Assembly: GCA_049418765.1 (NCBI GenBank)
Contig: JBMSJJ010000006.1
Location: 41,894-105,893 of the forward strand
Origin: Rickettsiales bacterium
Lineage (GTDB): Bacteria; Pseudomonadota; Alphaproteobacteria; Rickettsiales; UBA1997
Direction: 5' to 3'
DNA length: 64,000 nucleotides
Made by a program: the position numbers and the translations under genes. Positions within the stretch are counted from its first letter, which is position 1, and the number at the start of each line of letters is the position of its first letter. Below, piece by piece: positions 58,041 through 64,000 of this stretch. The notes under the pieces were generated by a model. It had not been told where the DNA came from, searched no databases, and saw nothing but the letters and a program-made list of their open reading frames with translations.

Positions 58041-58559
58041 ATGAAAAAAAACCAAATTAATCAAAGATTTATTATAGGAATTTTGATGGTTTTTTTAGTT
58101 ATTTATTTAGATTTATTCACAAAAAATTTTGTTTTTTTCTATCTTTATAATACCAATTATTTTACACATACACTTTATCCTGTCAAACCAATTACTTCAT
58201 TTTTTTCATTGGTTTATGTTAATAATAATGGCATATCTTTTGGGATGTTCAATAAAATTAATTACGCCAGAGAAACATTTGCCATTTTGCAATCTTCTAT
58301 TGCAATAGCACTTGTTTTTTGGATGTATCGAGTAAAATCAAAACACATGACTTTGGCTTTAGCATTAATTATTGGCGGTGCTTTTGGAAATGTAATAGAT
58401 CGTTTGCAAAATGGCGGAGTTACCGATTTTCTTGATTTTCATTTTAATAATATTCACTGGCCAGCTTTTAATTTAGCTGATTCGGTAATTTTTATTGGAG
58501 TTTGTATTATCCTATTTGATGAATTTATTTATAGAAAAAAATGTCAAAAATTAAAATAA
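58041..58559 (+). CDS. lspA: Lipoprotein signal peptidase II
   Basis: NNGISFGMF, GGAFGNVIDR and VTDFLDF...WPAFNLADS. Confidence 0.9.
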   Translation: MKKNQINQRFIIGILMVFLVIYLDLFTKNFVFFYLYNTNYFTHTLYPVKPITSFFSLVYVNNNGISFGMFNKINYARETFAILQSSIAIALVFWMYRVKSKHMTLALALIIGGAFGNVIDRLQNGGVTDFLDFHFNNIHWPAFNLADSVIFIGVCIILFDEFIYRKKCQKLK

Positions 58560-58738
58560 TTTTTCTGATTACTCTTTTGGCTTCATGTAGCAAAGTCGAT
58601 AAAAATCCACTGATTATTCCGCCAAATTATTCCGAGGTTCCTTCTAAGGAAGAATTAATGCAAAAAAAACTTGAAGAAAATGTTGTTAATCAAGATAATA
58701 TCGATAAAATTAAAAAAATGTTGCAAGAAAGCGATTAA
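58541..58738 (+). CDS. Small lipoprotein
   Basis: Lipobox LLASC. 65 aa. It overlaps the lspA end by 19 nt. Confidence 0.5.
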   Translation: MSKIKIIFLITLLASCSKVDKNPLIIPPNYSEVPSKEELMQKKLEENVVNQDNIDKIKKMLQESD

Positions 58739-58761
58739 TTTCAAACTTAAATTTAATAAAA

Positions 58762-59151
58762 ATGACTAATTTTCTTATCTCTGAATCATTGGCTCAAGCC
58801 ACTGAAAATAGCACTCCACAAACTGCAAATAATTTTTCATTTGCTAGTTTTGTCCCTTTAATTTTAATTTTTGTAATTTTTTATTTCCTAATTATTCGTC
58901 CTCAAACCAAGAAAATGAAAGAGCATGATTTAATGATTAAAAATCTTAAATTGGGCAATAAGGTCATTACCTCTTCAGGAATTATTGGTATTGTTCGCCA
59001 AATTCATGAAAAAGAAAATCAAATTGAATTAGAAATTGCTAAAGATGTTATTATCACAATTCTAAGAGCATCAATTTCTGAAGTTGAAAAAGCAGAAAAA
59101 AACGAAGTTAATCAAGTTAAATCTGCTAAAAAAAATTCTAAAAAACACTAA
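58762..59151 (+). CDS. yajC: Preprotein translocase subunit YajC
   Basis: LILIFVIFYFLIIRPQTKKMKEH...GNKVITSSGIIGIV. Confidence 0.9.
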   Translation: MTNFLISESLAQATENSTPQTANNFSFASFVPLILIFVIFYFLIIRPQTKKMKEHDLMIKNLKLGNKVITSSGIIGIVRQIHEKENQIELEIAKDVIITILRASISEVEKAEKNEVNQVKSAKKNSKKH

Positions 59152-59160
59152 ATTTACTCT

Positions 59161-60699
59161 ATGTTGTATTTTTCTAAACTCAAAATTACTTTGATTTCAT
59201 TGCTTTGTTTGCTGGCGATTTACTTTGCCATGCCATCGTTTTTATATAATAGTAAAATCGAAAAAAGCGATTTTATGAAAAATTTTTTTCCAAGCAATAA
59301 AGTCAATTTGGGTTTAGATTTGCAAGGCGGATCGCAATTGTTAATTGAGGTTGATTTTAATGCTTATCTTCAAGAGCAAAATATTTTTTTGAAGGAAGAA
59401 ATTAAAAAAACTTTTACCGATGAAAATTTACGAACATTAATCGAGGTTAATGGCGACAAAATTATCTTTAATGTTCAAGATGAGTCTGAGCAAAAAATTG
59501 CCAAAGAGCTTTTAAAGAAAGTTTCTAGAAATTTAAATATCTCGCAAGATGGCAATGGTTTTTCTGTAAGCTTTACCAACTTTGAAATTGAAAATCTCAA
59601 GAAAAATTTACTTTCGCAATCAATTGAAATAATTCGTCGAAGAATCGATGAAAATGGCACTAAAGAGCCGACAATTGTGGCTCAAGGTGAAAATCGAATA
59701 TTACTTCAGGTTCCTGGTGTAAAAAACTCTGATGAATTAAAAAATATTCTTGGCAAAACCGCTAAAATGACCTTCCATCTTGCTTCAAGTGGCACAGAAT
59801 CTTTTGACGAGGTGCTTCAGGCTTTTGATAATCGTGGCAATATGTTTTCATTAAAAAAACAAGCAATGTTAAGCGGAGATTTATTAATTGACGCCTCAGC
59901 AACTTATCACGAGGGTAAGCCTGCAGTAGCCTTTCGCTTCAATAGCGCAGGCACCAGAAAATTTGCTGAAATAACTCAAGAAAATGTTGGAAAAATCTTT
60001 GCCATAATTCTTGATGGAAAAGTCGTTACAGCTCCTGTAATTAATACGGTAATTAATCAAGGAAATGGGGTTATTTCTGGAAGTTTCGATGTTAAAGAAG
60101 CTAGCGAAGTGGCTTTATTATTGCGTTCTGGAGCCTTACCAACCCCGCTTTTAATCGTCGAAGAGCGTTCGGTTGGACCTTCTCTTGGATCTGATTCAAT
60201 TAAAAGCGGGCAAATTGCTTCTTTCGTTGGATTGATAATGGTATCAATTTTTATGATAATTTTCTATGGATATTTTGGTTTTATTGCCAATATCGCTTTA
60301 GTCGTTAATATCGCCATCATCATTTCAATCCTATCTTTATTATCGGCAACTCTTACTTTGCCTGGTATTGCTGGTATTGTTCTTACAATGGGTATGGCGG
60401 TTGATGCCAATGTATTAATTTTTGAACGAATTAAGGAAGAATTAAATTCATCAAAATCAATTTTAGCTTCTATTGAAAAAGGATTTAGCCAAGCATATAG
60501 AACCATCATTGATTCAAACATCACCACTTTAATCGTGGCTTTTTTTCTATATGTTTTTGGAAATGGCTCGGTTAAGGGCTTTGCTGTAACTTTATCCATC
60601 GGAATTACTTCTTCAATGTTCACGGCAATTTTATTGACCAGAATGTTGATTGTAATTTGGATTAGAAACAACAAAAATAAAAAACCATCTTTAATCTAA
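59161..60699 (+). CDS. secD: Protein translocase subunit SecD
   Basis: 512 aa. LGLDLQGGS, a periplasmic domain and six C-terminal TM helices with GMAVDANVLIFERIKEE. secF is not adjacent. Confidence 0.9.
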   Translation: MLYFSKLKITLISLLCLLAIYFAMPSFLYNSKIEKSDFMKNFFPSNKVNLGLDLQGGSQLLIEVDFNAYLQEQNIFLKEEIKKTFTDENLRTLIEVNGDKIIFNVQDESEQKIAKELLKKVSRNLNISQDGNGFSVSFTNFEIENLKKNLLSQSIEIIRRRIDENGTKEPTIVAQGENRILLQVPGVKNSDELKNILGKTAKMTFHLASSGTESFDEVLQAFDNRGNMFSLKKQAMLSGDLLIDASATYHEGKPAVAFRFNSAGTRKFAEITQENVGKIFAIILDGKVVTAPVINTVINQGNGVISGSFDVKEASEVALLLRSGALPTPLLIVEERSVGPSLGSDSIKSGQIASFVGLIMVSIFMIIFYGYFGFIANIALVVNIAIIISILSLLSATLTLPGIAGIVLTMGMAVDANVLIFERIKEELNSSKSILASIEKGFSQAYRTIIDSNITTLIVAFFLYVFGNGSVKGFAVTLSIGITSSMFTAILLTRMLIVIWIRNNKNKKPSLI

Positions 60700-62858
60700 T
60701 GAATTTTTTTTCATTATTTTTGCTGTTATTCTTAGGCTTTAGTTCCAAATCTTTTGCGCTAATTAGTAAAGTAAAAATTTCCAACCAAAATTTACCCGCC
60801 GTTCTTAAGGCTGATATTGTCACTGGTGACCAAATCAATGCCGAAATAAAGGCCACTGGCAATGTTGAAATCACCAAAGATTCCGCGGTTCTTTATGCCA
60901 ATAGCGCTACTTACAATAAAAATTCTAAATATATTTTTGCTCAAGGAGATGTTCGAATTAAAAATCTGGAAATTGGTAATATATTAGCACCTTCAATTGC
61001 AATAAAAGATGATTTTTCGCAAGGCAGTTTTTCTGACGCCAGAATGTTTTTTATTGATGGCTCATATTTATTTTCCAAAAAAATTGAAAGAAAAATTGGC
61101 AATAAAATAGTTTTAGAAAAATCTATATTTTCGCTTTGCCCGAATCAAGAAATTGTCAATGATAATTACCAAGCAGGAAAGCTTTGGGACATGCTTACAA
61201 TCAGCTCTTCAACTGCAAAAATTGATAAGGAAAATAATAATTTTTCAAGCTATAATTCAATCATAAAATTTTACAAATTCCCAATTCTATATTTGCCTTA
61301 TTTTAAATTTCCTTTACCGAGTAAAGAGCGTCAATCAGGCTTTCTTCAGCCATCATATACCAGAAATTCTAATTTTGGATTTGGTCTAAAAATACCATAT
61401 TTCTTTGCCATCAATAAAAATATCGATTTAACTACCACTCCAAATTATTATTTTGGTAGTTCACAATTAATTTTGAACAATAATATTCGTCATTACACCA
61501 AATATGGAAAATATAATTTTAATTTTGACATAGCCAATAACCAAGTCGATAATTTTGCCGATAAAACCGTGGTAAAGCGCTCAAATAAATCAATCCGTTG
61601 GCATATTGATGGAATTGGAAAGTTTGATTTTACTAAAGATTTTGGTCTTGATTTTAATATAAATACTCTTGCCGATAGAAATTATCTCCGTGATTATGGC
61701 TTTGATTATCTTGCTTACAGCACCTCTAAATTAAATTTTGACTACATTAAAAATCGTGATTATGTAGGTGTTAAATTTTTAAGATTTCAAGAATTGGAAA
61801 ATGAAAAATTTGAAAAACAATCACCATTAATTTCGCCAATTATCACTACTTATCATGAATCTAAGCCACTTTTCTTTAAAGAAAAATTTTCATTGGCCAG
61901 TAATTTTGCAAATTTAAAACGGGCAGACGGATTGCAATATAAAAGATTATCTTTGGTTCCAGAATTCCAAATTCCATTTAATGTAAAAGGTAATTTAATA
62001 AATTTATCTTATCAAATTCAAAGCGATATTTATAAAATTGATGGACATAGCATTATAACCCAACAAAATAATTATAAAAACACCCAATCAAATTTAAATA
62101 AGCAATTTGCTTTAAATTGGAGGCTTCCCCTTCGAAATAAATCAAGTAAAAACACTCTTACTTTGGAACCAATTGCAAATTTTGTAATGAGTGATTTTAA
62201 AACTCGCAATAATTTAATTCCTTTGCAAGATTCTGTTAATTCTGAATTAAGTTTTAGTAATTTATTTGCTAATGATCGTATTTCAGGATTTGACCGAAAT
62301 GAAGCGGGTAAAAGGGTGGGTTATGGTTTAAAATCGGCGTTTTTTTCTGATATTGGTGAATTTGATTTTACGGCTGGACAGGCAATTATTCTAAGCGAAA
62401 AGCATCAAGATGTAAAAATTCGTGGATTTGCCGATAATAATCGCTCAAACATCGTTGGTATTGGCAGTTTTAGAGGAAAAAAATACTTCAATATTTCTTA
62501 TGCTTTTCAATTGGATCAGCAAAATTATAGCAATAATGTCAATCAAATAAGCTCATCTTTAATCTACAAAAAATTTACTTTAAATGGCGATTATTTGTTA
62601 ATCCGTAAAAATAAATTCTTTGCCCAAAAAAAAGAGCAAGCAAATTTAAGTTCCACCATGGAATTGCCGAAAAAAATTAAGTTAAAATTATTTTTAATTC
62701 GTGATTTTGTCGAAAAAAGAAATATTCAAAGGGGCTTTGAAGTCAGCCGTGAAGGCTGTTGCTCAGTTTTTGGATTTTCCTTGATTGAAAATAATCCAAG
62801 TAATTTAATGAAATCTCAAAAAACTTTTAATTTAAATTTTACCGTTAAAAATTTGTAA
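60699..62858 (+). CDS. lptD: LPS-assembly outer-membrane protein LptD (OstA family)
   Basis: 719 aa. Signal peptide, an N-terminal OstA-like segment (VLKADIVTGDQINAEIKATGNVEI...) and a large beta-barrel-like remainder. Confidence 0.7.
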   Translation: MNFFSLFLLLFLGFSSKSFALISKVKISNQNLPAVLKADIVTGDQINAEIKATGNVEITKDSAVLYANSATYNKNSKYIFAQGDVRIKNLEIGNILAPSIAIKDDFSQGSFSDARMFFIDGSYLFSKKIERKIGNKIVLEKSIFSLCPNQEIVNDNYQAGKLWDMLTISSSTAKIDKENNNFSSYNSIIKFYKFPILYLPYFKFPLPSKERQSGFLQPSYTRNSNFGFGLKIPYFFAINKNIDLTTTPNYYFGSSQLILNNNIRHYTKYGKYNFNFDIANNQVDNFADKTVVKRSNKSIRWHIDGIGKFDFTKDFGLDFNINTLADRNYLRDYGFDYLAYSTSKLNFDYIKNRDYVGVKFLRFQELENEKFEKQSPLISPIITTYHESKPLFFKEKFSLASNFANLKRADGLQYKRLSLVPEFQIPFNVKGNLINLSYQIQSDIYKIDGHSIITQQNNYKNTQSNLNKQFALNWRLPLRNKSSKNTLTLEPIANFVMSDFKTRNNLIPLQDSVNSELSFSNLFANDRISGFDRNEAGKRVGYGLKSAFFSDIGEFDFTAGQAIILSEKHQDVKIRGFADNNRSNIVGIGSFRGKKYFNISYAFQLDQQNYSNNVNQISSSLIYKKFTLNGDYLLIRKNKFFAQKKEQANLSSTMELPKKIKLKLFLIRDFVEKRNIQRGFEVSREGCCSVFGFSLIENNPSNLMKSQKTFNLNFTVKNL

Positions 62859-62948
62859 AAAAATATTTTATTTTAGTATTTATCAATTAAAATTTATTTT
62901 AAGCAGATTTTTTTAATATCGCTTAAAAAACTTAACAAATTATAATTT

Positions 62949-63275
62949 ATGACAAAAGAAACTTCAGACTCATCATTCGAAAATGATGTTTTAAAATCCT
63001 CCTTACCAGTTTTGGTTGATTTTTGGGCGCCTTGGTGCGGACCATGCAAAATGCTTGGACCTGTCATCGATGATATTTCTAATCAATATAAGGGTAAGCT
63101 TGAAGTTTTTAAATGTAATGTCGATGAACATCCTGAAACTCCTTCTAAATATGCTGTTCGTGGCATACCATCATTAATGATTTTTAAAAATGGTAAATTG
63201 GTTGATTCTAAAGTTGGAGCATTACCAAAACCAACCTTGATTGAGTGGGTTAACAAAAATTTAAATGACAATTAA
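62949..63275 (+). CDS. trxA: Thioredoxin
   Basis: WAPWCGPCK active site. Length is 108 aa. Confidence 0.95.
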   Translation: MTKETSDSSFENDVLKSSLPVLVDFWAPWCGPCKMLGPVIDDISNQYKGKLEVFKCNVDEHPETPSKYAVRGIPSLMIFKNGKLVDSKVGALPKPTLIEWVNKNLNDN

Positions 63276-64000
63276 TATTTTTGAAAATAATTTTCTTATT
63301 TTCAAAAACTCTCTTCATCTTTTAAACTCTAGATTTCAAGCGAATTTTAAGGAACTAATCCTTAAAATTGGCTGTGAGCTAGAATTTTATCTTCCAAATT
63401 TATCATCAAATCAATTAGAAAATCTCTTAAATGATAAATTTCTGCAAAATTTTCAAATTAAAAAAGAGCAGGGCGATTCACAATTTGAGTTAGTATTTAA
63501 TCATAGCACTGATATTGCTGGCTTGGCATCGCAAATTATTTTAGTTAAAAATTACATATTAAATTTGGCAAAAAATCTAAATTTACAGGCAATTTTTTTA
63601 GGAAAACCATTTGCCGATGATTGCCCTAGTGCTTTGCAATTTAATATCTCAATACATCAAAAAAATGGAGTAAATTTATTTAATAAAAATTCGGATTTGA
63701 TGTTTAACATTTGTAATTCGCTCCTTGATCTAAGCGAGCAGATGCTTTATTTATTGAATAATGATGAAAAGGATTTTTTGCGATATAATCAGCAATTGAA
63801 TTTAGACTTATTTAAAAATGGAAAATATATTGCACCAATAAATTTGTCATTGGGTTTTGACAATCGAACTTGTGCCATAAGGCTGGCCAATAGTTTTGAT
63901 GATAATTTAAGTAAAAGGCTGGAATTCCGTTTGGCTTCTTCAAATGCCGATATTTATTTGGCATTTAGCGCAATAATTTTGGCAATTAAAAATGGTCTAA
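63265..64000 (+). CDS. Glutamine-synthetase-family protein, C-terminus beyond the right window edge
   Basis: Open frame from ATG 63265 to the window end, not in the ORF track because no stop is reached. It reads ...KIGCELEFYL..., ...DNRTCAIRL... and ...RLEFRLASSNADIYLAFSAIILAIKNGL, which are GS catalytic-domain-like motifs. Confidence 0.6.
   Translation, partial: MTINIFENNFLIFKNSLHLLNSRFQANFKELILKIGCELEFYLPNLSSNQLENLLNDKFLQNFQIKKEQGDSQFELVFNHSTDIAGLASQIILVKNYILNLAKNLNLQAIFLGKPFADDCPSALQFNISIHQKNGVNLFNKNSDLMFNICNSLLDLSEQMLYLLNNDEKDFLRYNQQLNLDLFKNGKYIAPINLSLGFDNRTCAIRLANSFDDNLSKRLEFRLASSNADIYLAFSAIILAIKNGL

Overview
This is an AT-rich, gene-dense chromosome segment. By gene content it looks like an obligate-intracellular alphaproteobacterium of the Rickettsiales/Holosporales type: virB11, ankyrin-repeat proteins, an alphaproteobacterial-type addB, an ELM1/DUF1022 gene, and secD without secF. 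No database search was run, so this placement is an inference.

Most of the window is housekeeping: coaD, rlmH, mnmE, argC, ilvE, gmd, ribH, ligA, yidD, argD, fabG, trxB, truA, addB, folC, lpxD, pgk, fmt, lspA, yajC, secD, lptD and trxA. Two open frames run off the window edges, which is why the ORF track omits them. One is a lipoprotein of more than 1040 aa on the minus strand at 2-3136. The other is a glutamine-synthetase-like gene from 63265.

The exception is a visibly GC-richer accessory region at about 36.9-53.2 kb, next to an initiator tRNA-fMet gene (52966-53042, minus). It contains:
- two diverged hipB-hipA kinase toxin-antitoxin modules in inverted orientation
- a degenerate copy of the tRNA-fMet 3' end (38760-38799)
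- decayed phage/primase gene fragments
- a membrane protein plus lipoprotein pair
- a roughly 50% GC intergenic stretch with nested helices
- a DUF2254-like membrane protein
- a DUF4238 pseudogene
- an 84-bp tandem repeat that mimics the tRNA 5' end

The main candidate for a novel system is a three-gene operon on the minus strand, joined by 4-nt overlaps: hipB (48744-49052), hipA (47500-48747) and a 2160-aa gene (41021-47503). The large protein carries an ordered set of STAND-NTPase motifs behind a nuclease-like N-terminus, followed by about 1650 aa with no motif I recognise. I read this as a possible kinase-coupled STAND defence or conflict module. That reading is inference from motifs and gene order only.
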